Origin: a candidate division FCPU426 bacterium
GTDB taxonomy: Bacteria > Oederibacteriota > Muellerivitia > Muellerivitales > Muellerivitaceae
DNA length: 30,336 nt
Direction of reading: 5' to 3'
NCBI GenBank assembly: GCA_963771075.1
Contig: CAVYSE010000012.1
Coordinates: forward strand, 1-30,336
Shown: in pieces, positions 16,915 through 25,239 of the stretch
How positions within the stretch are numbered: the first letter of the stretch is position 1
Layout of the letters: every line of letters begins with the position of its first letter
The notes under the pieces: model-generated
Seen by the model: only the letters and a program-made list of their open reading frames with translations
What the model was told of the DNA's origin: nothing
Database searches by the model: none
Program-made: the position numbers and the translations under genes

Positions 16915-17278
16915 GCCCGGGTGAAGATCCCCCGGACCCCCCAGGGGGAGGGACGAAAAACCCCCTCCCCTTTATCCCCACCCTAGCCCGGGGGAAGTAA
17001 CCCCCGGAGCCCCCACAGCGCACGACAACGTGGAAGAAATCCTTTTTCCGGGCGGCTTCGCCGTCCGGGCCGGGGCCTCCGCCCCTAAACCCCGTCCCTG
17101 GCCGGGCCTCCTCCGTCGGCTATCCGGCCAGCACAGATGGGACGGGCTTTGCCCGGATGATGCTGACACCTAGACGCACTCCCCCGGAACAAAGAATTTC
17201 TGGAACCAACAGCGCCCACCTTTTCGCTCCGTGTACCGCCCCCAAGTCTTTTGGGGGGGCGGTCCCCGGAGGCCGCTC
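16915..17278. repeat. ~365-bp structured direct repeat, copy 2
   Basis: See copy 1; differences cluster in loops. Confidence 0.95.
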
Positions 17279-17310
17279 CCCTCCAACAAATAAATCAAGC
17301 GGAGGGTGAC

Positions 17311-17442
17311 ATGAACGAATTCATGACGAAGTTTATCGAAACGAAATTGATTCTTGAGGAGGCGATAAAGCATCCCGTTCCAGAAGCCGAAATTGACAGG
17401 GCTTTGGAAATGGTTTTGGTGGAAGGGAGGGAATGGTCATGA
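17311..17442 (+). CDS. 43-aa acidic hypothetical protein
   Basis: RBS GGAGG, ATG at 17311, ATGA overlap with radC. Confidence 0.6.
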   Translation: MNEFMTKFIETKLILEEAIKHPVPEAEIDRALEMVLVEGREWS

Positions 17443-17927
17443 ACAGGAAACCCAAACAACTCGAAATGACTTTAGACGTGATGTTCAAAATACCCCCGAC
17501 CACTATTCCGGTTTCATGGGCAGAAGCCCGAGCCGACTACAAGAGGGGACCCGCTTTATCCGGCCCCGGAGACGCAGCCGATTATTTCCGCAAATGGATA
17601 GGCGGGAAGAAGGTCGAGATTTTCTTGACCATGTACGTTGACCACCGCAACCACGTTTTGGACGTAATCGCCGGAGGAGAGGGAACCGTTGACCATACCG
17701 CCGTCTACCCTAGGGAAGTCCTCAAGAAGGCTTTGGAACTAGACGCTTCTGGAATCATCTTGAGCCACGTCCACCCCGGAGGAAGCCTTGAAGCCTCAGA
17801 GGGTGACCGCCAGCTCACACGCCAGATTGTCACCGCTTGCCGTGCGCTTGGAATCACCGTCCATGACCACGTTATCGTGACCCATGAGGGCCACTTTTCT
17901 TTCCGACAAGCCGGGCTTTTGGCTTAA
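17439..17927 (+). CDS. radC: short RadC-like JAB/MPN-domain protein
   Basis: E.F...D..N, GTVDHTAVYPREVLKKAL, HVHPGG..ASEGD..LT and LGITVHDHVIV. Confidence 0.92.
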   Translation: MNRKPKQLEMTLDVMFKIPPTTIPVSWAEARADYKRGPALSGPGDAADYFRKWIGGKKVEIFLTMYVDHRNHVLDVIAGGEGTVDHTAVYPREVLKKALELDASGIILSHVHPGGSLEASEGDRQLTRQIVTACRALGITVHDHVIVTHEGHFSFRQAGLLA

Positions 17928-17955
17928 CAAGGAATTCAAAATTTACTAGAAGCGG

Positions 17956-18034
17956 AGCCCTGGCCACCAGGCCGGGGCTTTCAGCTTTTGAGGGAAATCA
18001 AAAAAGCGGGGGCTTTGCCCCCGCTCCCCTTTTT
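17956..18034 (+). terminator. tandem terminator-like hairpins after radC
   Basis: AGCCCTGGCC/GGCCGGGGCT-TT and AGCGGGGGC/GCCCCCGCT...TTTTT. Confidence 0.55.
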
Positions 18035-18185
18035 ATCGCGCCGATTTTGGCTTTGCCCTTATAAATCGGCGCTCATTTAAGAAAATATTGCATCTCGCTC
18101 TTAATCGATCAGGCGTAAAATTGTCGGACCAAAAGGGAAAAGGTCGTCCACGATGGGGACCCATCGTGAACAAAGGAGAATGTAT

Positions 18186-18229
18186 ATTGTGTACATAATT
18201 GTTGACATAATTATAAGAAATCCTATATT
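18186..18229 (+). promoter_or_regulatory. TA operon promoter with tandem palindromic operators
   Basis: TTGACA-N16-TATATT; ATTGTGTACATAAT (18186) and ATTGTTGACATAAT (18198). Confidence 0.6.
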
Positions 18230-18271
18230 GAAGGGGGTCGAAAGTATCAACGGTCGTGGGAAGGCGGTTTT

Positions 18272-18550
18272 ATGCGAGTCGCGGGGGTAAGGGAATTTAG
18301 GGATCACGCGCCGGAGTTTCTGAACGGCCATGATCTCGTGTTTGTGACCAAACACGGGAAAGTTGCAAGCCTTTTGGTTCCGATGACCAAATCACAGGAA
18401 CTTCCTTTAGAATTGCGGAAAGAGCTTTTGACGAACTTGGGCTTTGCCATTTCGAATCACCTTAAAAAATCAGGCGTCACTGAGCGGACGGTCACACATG
18501 ACTTTGAAACATGGAGAAAAGGCCGCCGGTCGGATCGCCGCGGACGCTAA
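18272..18550 (+). CDS. Phd/YefM-family antitoxin
   Basis: GVREFRDHAPEFL...VFVTKHGKVASLLVP. Confidence 0.85.
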   Translation: MRVAGVREFRDHAPEFLNGHDLVFVTKHGKVASLLVPMTKSQELPLELRKELLTNLGFAISNHLKKSGVTERTVTHDFETWRKGRRSDRRGR

Positions 18551-18929
18551 CGTCCTTCTTTCCGCTGTAACCGGCAGGGCTGCCCTCAAAGTTTTCACCC
18601 AATCCCACCTTGAAATCATATCCACGACCTTGAATATCCATGAGGTTCGGGAATACATACCGATAATGGCAGAGAAATACGGTATAGCCGTGGAACTTTT
18701 GGAAAGCCAATTTCAATTATTAGCCCTCAAGGAGTACAGCTTGAGGGATTATCAAGGTTCGCTTGCAATGGCCCGCAAAAAAATCGGGAAAAGAGACCCG
18801 GACGATGTCGATTTGCTGGCTTTAGCGCTTGAGTTGGAAATACCCATTTGGTCAAACGACGGGGATTTTGAAGGAACAGGCATTGAGTGGTACACCACGG
18901 CCCAACTTCTTAAAAAGTTGGGGCTTTAA
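18498..18929 (+). CDS. PIN-domain (VapC-like) toxin; start approximate
   Basis: DANVLLSA, E, RDPDDVDLLALAL and IWSNDGDF; overlaps the antitoxin. Confidence 0.9.
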   Translation: MTLKHGEKAAGRIAADANVLLSAVTGRAALKVFTQSHLEIISTTLNIHEVREYIPIMAEKYGIAVELLESQFQLLALKEYSLRDYQGSLAMARKKIGKRDPDDVDLLALALELEIPIWSNDGDFEGTGIEWYTTAQLLKKLGL

Positions 18930-19205
18930 TCTGATGATTTTGTTGTCCACGACGGGGACCCTGAAGGAACACCAAAATTGGTGGATAATGGATGATCCCA
19001 ATTTTTACACGCTCTGCCGGTCGTGCTTTGAGGATTCGATTTTCAGTGATACGCTAAGTTCTGTGAAAGATGATGTCGACATTGAATCTGCATTTGAGCT
19101 AATCCAAATCACGCCGAATTCGGCTGAACATTGAAAAAGTCCAATAAATACTGGCTCCTGCACATGGCGGTTTTAAAAAGGATGGTGTGCAACTTTTTTT
19201 CCCTG

Positions 19206-19631
19206 CTAATCCTTCACGAGCCTCTTTCCAAGGCTGACAGCGCCCGTATTTTTGGAGTATCCGTGTTTATCGTAAAAAGTCATGACCGATTCATTCCCAA
19301 CCCGCACATAAAGGTTGATCTTAGGGCAACCGAGGCGAGCCATTTTTTTCTCAACCGCTTCCATCAGCGACCGGCCGATGCCCTTCCCCTGGTAAGCCGG
19401 GGAAACCCCGAAATAATTGACGGCCCCCCGGTGGCCGTCATAGCCGCCCATCAGGACGCCCACGATCGTCTTTCCGTCCAGCGCCACCAGGAAGAGCTCA
19501 GGGTGCTCCCGGCGTTTGCGCTTAATGTCTTTCACCGGGTCATTGTCGGGCGACAACAAACCGCATTCTTTCCATAACTGGATCACGGCTTTCGTGCCGG
19601 CGCCTCGAAAGGCCCTTATCTTGATTTTCAT
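19206..19631 (-). CDS. ypeA: GNAT acetyltransferase (YpeA-like)
   Basis: MGGYDGHRG, QGKGIG and GCPKINLYVR..N..V..FY...GY. Confidence 0.85.
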   Translation of the reverse strand: MKIKIRAFRGAGTKAVIQLWKECGLLSPDNDPVKDIKRKRREHPELFLVALDGKTIVGVLMGGYDGHRGAVNYFGVSPAYQGKGIGRSLMEAVEKKMARLGCPKINLYVRVGNESVMTFYDKHGYSKNTGAVSLGKRLVKD

Positions 19632-19751
19632 TATTTCCTCTTCGGTGTTCGTAAGTCTAAAGCCAGGGCGTCATTTTATTCACATTTCGCCGAAAGCGTT
19701 AAGGGCACTTTTTTGCAGTACCCTCTTCGTTTGAATAGACGATACTTTTGT

Positions 19752-19914
19752 TGTCATTGCGAGCCGCGAACTTTGCGGCGCGGCAATCCCTGTAAACGGT
19801 GAGCGAAGCGAACCGTGCATGGTGGGTGTGCGATGAGGATTTAAAGGCATATTTAAACTGGGATTGCCACGTCATAACCGTCCCGCTATTCGCGGGACAT
19901 TCCTCGCAATGACA
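19752..19914. repeat. miniature palindromic repeat pair (GTCATTGCGAG...GCAATC / GATTGC...CTCGCAATGAC type)
   Basis: Inverted termini TGTCATTGCGAG/CTCGCAATGACA and GGCAATCCC/GGGATTGCC. Confidence 0.8.
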
Positions 19915-19948
19915 CCCAAACCGACTCACTTCTAAGAGGCTACCTTCT

Positions 19949-21517
19949 TTGCCAGACGGGGTCTTAAAGAGTAAACTTGAGTCAATCTCTCACCGGGAAC
20001 CGACCTTGACCCAAGCGCCGAACCCAACCCACGCCCCTTCCCTCCTGGACCGCTGGCGTTATTCCTTCCGGACCAGGCTCCTGCTCACCTATACCGTCCT
20101 CTGGTTCGCCCTGAACCTCCTGACCGGCGTGACGGTTTACTGGATCGTCTCCTCCAGCTTGCAGGAAAAAATGGGGGAACAGCTCCTGGCCATGGGCCGG
20201 CTCGTGGCGCAAACCCTTTCCGGCCAGTTGGCGGGGCCGCTCCAGCCCAGCCTGCCCGATTCCCGGGAGATCGCCGGGCTCACCCCCGTCCTGCAGGGTT
20301 TCCTGAAGGCGGGCGTGCTCCAGGATCTCACCCTCCTGAACCCCCAGGGTACCGTGCTGCTCGACGCCACGGGCGAGGCGGTACCGGGTTTCAAAAGCCC
20401 CCTTCTCTCCCCCAAAAATCTGGAGGCGCTTTCCCAAAACAAGCCCGTGATCATCCCCATCCACGCGGGCGACTTCGGCTTGCTCCACCAGTCGGTCTTC
20501 ATCCCCCTTCCCCGGGGGCTCCTGCTCCAGGTGGACGCGGACCCCAAGTCCCTGGAAGTGCTCAAGAAATTCAAGACCTACTCCCTTCTGTTAGGCCTCG
20601 CCGGCCTTTTCCTCAGCGCCCTGGTCAGTGTGCTCGTAGCCGGCACGGTGCTTCGGCCCATCAGCACGGTGGTGCGGCTGGCGGAAGAAGTAGCCCAGGG
20701 CCGATACCCGAAAGACCCCGTCCCCTCGACCCGGCGGGATGAGCTGGGCCAGTTGGAAACCTCGATCCGTTCCATGTCCGCCCGCATCGAGGCCCGGGAG
20801 GTGGAACTGTCCCACCTGAAGAAGGAGGCGGAAAACCTGGCCGAGCAGATGAAGGAGATCGCGGGCGGTATCGCCCATGAGGTGCGCCACCCGCTGGGGA
20901 TCATCCGGGGCGAGGCCGAGTGGATCGAGAAAAAATCGGTCGGTTCGGCCGATATCCAGCCCGCTTCCCAGAAGATCCAGGCCCAGGTGAAGGCCCTGAA
21001 CTACCTGGTCACCCGTTTCCTCGAATACAGCCGGGCCTTCCGGCTGGACCTCAAGGTCCAGACCCCCGCCGATTGGATCGAGAGCCTGGCTCAGGATCTG
21101 GCGCCACTCGCCCAGAAGCAGGCCATTCAGGTGGTCAAGGAGATCCGCCCCTGCGGGCCGGTGGAAGCCGACAGCGCCCTGATCTCCAATTCACTCTATA
21201 ATCTGGGTTTGAACGCCCTGCAGGCCATGCCCAATTTCGGCACCCTGACCCTGCGGCTCACCGAGAGCGATGGGTTCGCCCGCATCGAGGTCGAGGACAC
21301 GGGCGCCGGCATCCCGGACGATGTGCTCCCCAATCTCTTCAAGCCCTTCTTCAGCACCAAGGTCTCGGGCACGGGGCTGGGACTGGCCTTCACCCAGAAG
21401 GTGGTCTTGGCCCACGGGGGTAAAATAGAGGCCTTCAACCGCAAGGCGGATGGCTACATCCCCGCCGGGGGCGCGGTCTTCCGCATCGAACTCCCGATCG
21501 TGAAAGGGAACGCATGA
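19949..21517 (+). CDS. membrane sensor histidine kinase (HAMP-HisKA-HATPase); start uncertain
   Basis: Two TM helices, RRDELGQL, IAHEVRHPLG, NALQAM, DTGAGI and GTGLGL. Confidence 0.95.
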   Translation: MPDGVLKSKLESISHREPTLTQAPNPTHAPSLLDRWRYSFRTRLLLTYTVLWFALNLLTGVTVYWIVSSSLQEKMGEQLLAMGRLVAQTLSGQLAGPLQPSLPDSREIAGLTPVLQGFLKAGVLQDLTLLNPQGTVLLDATGEAVPGFKSPLLSPKNLEALSQNKPVIIPIHAGDFGLLHQSVFIPLPRGLLLQVDADPKSLEVLKKFKTYSLLLGLAGLFLSALVSVLVAGTVLRPISTVVRLAEEVAQGRYPKDPVPSTRRDELGQLETSIRSMSARIEAREVELSHLKKEAENLAEQMKEIAGGIAHEVRHPLGIIRGEAEWIEKKSVGSADIQPASQKIQAQVKALNYLVTRFLEYSRAFRLDLKVQTPADWIESLAQDLAPLAQKQAIQVVKEIRPCGPVEADSALISNSLYNLGLNALQAMPNFGTLTLRLTESDGFARIEVEDTGAGIPDDVLPNLFKPFFSTKVSGTGLGLAFTQKVVLAHGGKIEAFNRKADGYIPAGGAVFRIELPIVKGNA

Positions 21518-22869
21518 GCACCATCCTGGTCGTGGACGACAAGAAGGACATGCGGGAGATCATCGAGCGTCACCTTCTAAGCTCGGGCCACCGGGTGCTG
21601 ACCGCCCCGGGAGCGCAGGCCGCCCTGGACCTGCTGGACCACGAGAAGGTGGAAGTGCTCCTTACCGACCTGAAGATGCCCGGCATGGACGGGCTCCATC
21701 TCCTTCAAAAGGCCAGGGAGAAAGACCCCGAACTGCAGGTGTTGGTCATGACCGCCTACGGCACGGTGGAAGACGCCGTTACCGCCATGCGGGGCGGGGC
21801 CTATGACTTCGTGTTGAAACCCTTCTCGATGGACGAGCTGGAACTCAAGATCAAGAATTGCCTGCAGGTGGGTTCGCTCCAGGGCGAGAACCGCCGTCTC
21901 AAGAACGAGCTTTCCCTTTTCCAGGGCCGCATGGTGGGCGAAAGCGCCGTCATGAAACAGGTGTACGACAATATCCGCCGGTTGAGCGCCGCCAAGACCA
22001 CCATCCTCATCGAGGGCGAAAGCGGCACGGGCAAGGAGCTGGCCGCCCAGGCCATCCACGAGAGCAGTCCCTGGAAGGATGCCCCCTTCATCCGGGTCCA
22101 TTGCGCGGCCCTGGCCCCCACGCTCCTGGAAAGCGAGCTTTTCGGCCACGAGAAGGGCTCCTTCACGGGCGCCCTCCAGCGCAAACTGGGACGTTTCGAG
22201 ATGGCCCAGGGCGGAACGCTTTTCCTGGATGAGATCTCCGAGATCGCCCCCGAGATTCAGGTGAAGCTCTTGAGGGTGCTCCAGGAGAAGGAGTTCGAGC
22301 GGGTCGGCGGAACCCAGACCCTCAAAGTTGATCTGCGGGTCATTACCGCCACGAACAAGAACCTGAAAGAGCTGGTCGAAAAGAACGCCTTCCGAGAAGA
22401 CCTCTATTACCGCCTCAACGTGGTTTCCCTTCGCATGCCCCCCTTGAGGGAACGGTTGGATGATCTTCCCCTGCTGTGCGGGAGTTTCATCGAGCGTTTT
22501 TGCCGTCAGATGGGAAAGCCCAAAAAACAATTGAGCCCCGAATCACTCAAGGCCCTGCAAGGCTATTCCTGGCCGGGCAACGTGCGGGAACTGCAGAACC
22601 TGCTGGAAAGGGCGGTGGTCTTTTCGGAAGGCGAGGAGTTGGCGGTTTTCCCCGAAGGCGGTCCCCACACTTCCAAATCCGCCCCCGCCCTGCAGGGCGA
22701 CCTGAACCAGACCCTGGAACAGGTGGAACGGGCACTTATCTTGCAAGCCTTACAGGAAGCCAACGGCGTTCAAAACCGCGCGGCCAAGAGCCTGGGCGTT
22801 TCCCGCTCGGCCCTGCAGTACAAGATCGCCAAGTTCAAGCTGGAGGAATATTGCCGTGAAAACCCTTGA
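21514..22869 (+). CDS. sigma54-dependent response regulator (NtrC/AtoC family)
   Basis: REC (VVDD, DLKMP), GESGTGKE, ESELFGHEKGSFTGA, WPGNVRELQN and a Fis-type HTH. Confidence 0.97.
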   Translation: MSTILVVDDKKDMREIIERHLLSSGHRVLTAPGAQAALDLLDHEKVEVLLTDLKMPGMDGLHLLQKAREKDPELQVLVMTAYGTVEDAVTAMRGGAYDFVLKPFSMDELELKIKNCLQVGSLQGENRRLKNELSLFQGRMVGESAVMKQVYDNIRRLSAAKTTILIEGESGTGKELAAQAIHESSPWKDAPFIRVHCAALAPTLLESELFGHEKGSFTGALQRKLGRFEMAQGGTLFLDEISEIAPEIQVKLLRVLQEKEFERVGGTQTLKVDLRVITATNKNLKELVEKNAFREDLYYRLNVVSLRMPPLRERLDDLPLLCGSFIERFCRQMGKPKKQLSPESLKALQGYSWPGNVRELQNLLERAVVFSEGEELAVFPEGGPHTSKSAPALQGDLNQTLEQVERALILQALQEANGVQNRAAKSLGVSRSALQYKIAKFKLEEYCRENP

Positions 22870-23608
22870 AAAATATTTAATCTTTTCACCGCCAAGACGC
22901 CAAGACGCCAAGGAAACCTTTTTACTTGGCTCCAACAAAACAAAAAAACTTAATTTTCCCTATTCCGTTATTACTTTTCGACTTTTTTACATTCCATTAC
23001 TTCTTATCACCCTCTGGTCCGGGGTTCTCCGGGCTCAGGAAAGCGCTGATCCCCAGGCCCAGTTCCTGAGCGCCGTGGGCGCCTTTAACGCGGGAAAGTA
23101 CCCCAAGGCGCAGGCGGGGTTTTTGGGGGTCTTGAAGAACGATCCGGATAATTTAAAGGCCCATTTCTACCTGGGCCTGATCAAGTACGAGCAAAACCAC
23201 CCGGCGGAAGCCTCGGCCTATTTCCAGTGGGCGGTCGATCATGACCCCCATAACCCGGTGGTTTTTTATTACCTCGGAAGGTCCGCCTACGACCTGGGAA
23301 GATGGGATGAGGCCAGGGCCGAATTGACGGCCGCCAACGACCTAGACCCGGGGATTTCCATGGTTCATTACTACCTCGGTTTGAGCCGATATAAGTTGAA
23401 GGATTTTCCGGAGTCGAAAAATGAATTTTTGAAGGCCCTAGAGCTGGAACCCACACTCGCCAAGGCCCACTACGCCCTGGCCTACCTGTACCTTCACGAT
23501 TTGAAAGACTCTAAATCCGCTCGAAATGAGATCAAGGAAGGCCTCCTCGCCAAACCGGACGCGAAACTAAAAGCCAAATTCCTGCGCCTGAAAAGGGAAT
23601 GCAGATAA
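22856..23608 (+). CDS. exported TPR-repeat protein
   Basis: GTG with GGAGG RBS overlapping the regulator; hydrophobic segment ending VLRA-Q; repeated AHFYLG/YYLG TPR units. Confidence 0.85.
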   Translation: MKTLEKYLIFSPPRRQDAKETFLLGSNKTKKLNFPYSVITFRLFYIPLLLITLWSGVLRAQESADPQAQFLSAVGAFNAGKYPKAQAGFLGVLKNDPDNLKAHFYLGLIKYEQNHPAEASAYFQWAVDHDPHNPVVFYYLGRSAYDLGRWDEARAELTAANDLDPGISMVHYYLGLSRYKLKDFPESKNEFLKALELEPTLAKAHYALAYLYLHDLKDSKSARNEIKEGLLAKPDAKLKAKFLRLKRECR

Positions 23609-24036
23609 AGATTAAAACCTGCAGCAAAACCTCAACCAGAAGCACTTTTTTTCACCGCCAAGACCGCCAAGTTCGCCAAGAAAGAAAAAATTATTCGGAA
23701 GAATGCACTTGGCATAGCCATAACGACCTACCCTCTCCCCTTGAGGGAGGGGGCAGTGTGAGGGGTGCATGTCCAGCGGAATTCCCCCTCATCCCATCCT
23801 TCTCCCTCCAGGGGAGAAAGAGAAAGCAACAAAAGCCAAGTCATTCTTGGCGAACTTGGCAGTAATAGCCGTCTTTGCTAAAGCAAATGTTTGGAAATCT
23901 TTAAACCCCAGAATGCTTTTGTCTTTCTTGTGCCGATTCTCCATAAAAGATTAATAAGGAAATCGGTACTATACCGACCTCTTTTAGTTTTTTATTGAAG
24001 GTCGGCATGGCGCACTTGGCGTTCTTGGCGGTGAAA
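22884..24036. repeat. dispersed CCGCCAAG/CTTGGCGG short tandem palindromic repeats
   Basis: Forward units at 22884-22912 and 23650-23680; inverted units at 23846-23863 and 24006-24036. Confidence 0.8.
23731..23820. repeat. CCCTCTCCC...GGGAG(A/G)GGG-type miniature palindromic repeat pair
   Basis: Two opposed units; a related pair lies at 24992-25083. Confidence 0.75.
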
Positions 24037-24179
24037 TCGGTTTTTTAATCTGTATGTTTTATCCTTTGGTTCGATCTTCTTCGGTTTTCCCGGTGGCTTG
24101 AATTTCGGCAGCCTGCCGAAAATTTGTACATGTCGGCCCCTCGGCCACTCAAAATCCCTGAAAATTCACGTCCCAAGTC

Positions 24180-24194
24180 TGGCACAAGGGTTGC
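24180..24194 (+). promoter_or_regulatory. sigma54 (-24/-12) promoter
   Basis: TGGCAC-AAGGG-TTGC, an exact TGGCAC-N5-TTGC match 48 nt upstream of the ATG at 24243. Confidence 0.9.
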
Positions 24195-24242
24195 TTTACA
24201 AGGTATCGAAGTTGTTAGCCGTACAGATCCAAGGAGGAAGTC

Positions 24243-24905
24243 ATGAAAAAGCTCATTCTCACCCCATTTGCCTGGCTGTTCGCCGCCAGCCTGCTTTTGG
24301 TCGCGACGAGCGTTTACGCTCAAAAATCTGGAACCGGAAGCGTCCCAACGCCGCTTCCCCCGCAGAATATACCGACGCTTCCACCCACACCGCCTCCGGG
24401 AACGGTTCAGCCGCCCATTATCATCGCCACACCCATCTCGGTCCCCACGGTCCCGGCTGGTGTGCCTACCCCGCTGCCTCCAATCGTCATCCAAACCCCC
24501 TTGCCCGTACCGACGTTGATCATCATGCCCCCGATCCCGGTGCCGACCACGATCACCGTCCCCCCGATCGTCCCGTTGCCCACGCTCTTCCCCACGCCGA
24601 TCGTTCCTCCGACGACCTTGCCCCCGGGTTACGGCGGTAATTTGCCTCCCATGCCTCCCATCGCTGTTGGAACCCCGGTTGCCATCGGAAATCCGCTTCC
24701 CCCGGTTGCCATCGGGACGCCGGGCACCTCGGCGACCTCTAACTCGGGAACCAACAACGGCTGGACCGGGGCCGTGCCTCCCACCGCTTCCGGCACCCCC
24801 TTGCCAGTCGCGAATCCCCCGATCATCATCGCGACCCACGTGATTCCTTACAGCCCGGTGGTCCTGCCCAACGAGAAGCTGGGAGCCAAGGACATCGACG
24901 AATAA
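24243..24905 (+). CDS. secreted proline/threonine-rich low-complexity protein
   Basis: RBS AAGGAGG; signal peptide MKKLIL...SVYA-Q; PTPLPP/PPIIIAT repeats. Confidence 0.88.
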   Translation: MKKLILTPFAWLFAASLLLVATSVYAQKSGTGSVPTPLPPQNIPTLPPTPPPGTVQPPIIIATPISVPTVPAGVPTPLPPIVIQTPLPVPTLIIMPPIPVPTTITVPPIVPLPTLFPTPIVPPTTLPPGYGGNLPPMPPIAVGTPVAIGNPLPPVAIGTPGTSATSNSGTNNGWTGAVPPTASGTPLPVANPPIIIATHVIPYSPVVLPNEKLGAKDIDE

Positions 24906-24928
24906 CAACCGGTCTTCCCCCGTCTTTC

Positions 24929-24960
24929 AAAAAGCCCCTTGGAAACAAGGGGCTTTTTTT
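24929..24960 (+). terminator. intrinsic terminator
   Basis: AAAAAGCCCCTTG-GAAA-CAAGGGGCTTTTTTT. Confidence 0.9.
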
Positions 24961-24991
24961 GTTTCTATAAATATTGTTTTTTGGATTTTTC

Positions 24992-25083
24992 TCCTTCTCC
25001 CTCGAGGGGAGAAGGTCGGGATGAGGGTGAATAATCAAGAAATCGACACCCCTCACCCTGCCATCTCCCCCAAGGGGCGAGGG
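24992..25083. repeat. CCTTCTCCC...GGGAGAAGG-type miniature palindromic repeat pair
   Basis: Same family as 23731-23820. Confidence 0.75.
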
Positions 25084-25239
25084 TTTTGGATACATATGAA
25101 GCGGCTTCTAGGTATAAAAAAACACTTTCAGCATTCGAACAAGACCCCAAATACCGCTAAATCCAAACAAAGGGTGTGATATATTTTCACCATTGATTAG
25201 GTTTTTCGGTTTTGAACATCTCGATTAAACGGGTCATCC

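Noticed and set aside
18934..19134. 66-aa ORF after the PIN toxin
   Set aside because: No RBS or recognisable motif; not supportable
22150..22175. GSFTGA instead of GAFTGA as a sign of a sigma54-independent regulator
   Set aside because: GSFTGA is a common functional variant, and a perfect sigma54 promoter lies nearby
21577..22530. Long antisense ORFs (317 aa here; also 24045-24908 and 26134-26802)
   Set aside because: Shadows of GC3-biased sense genes
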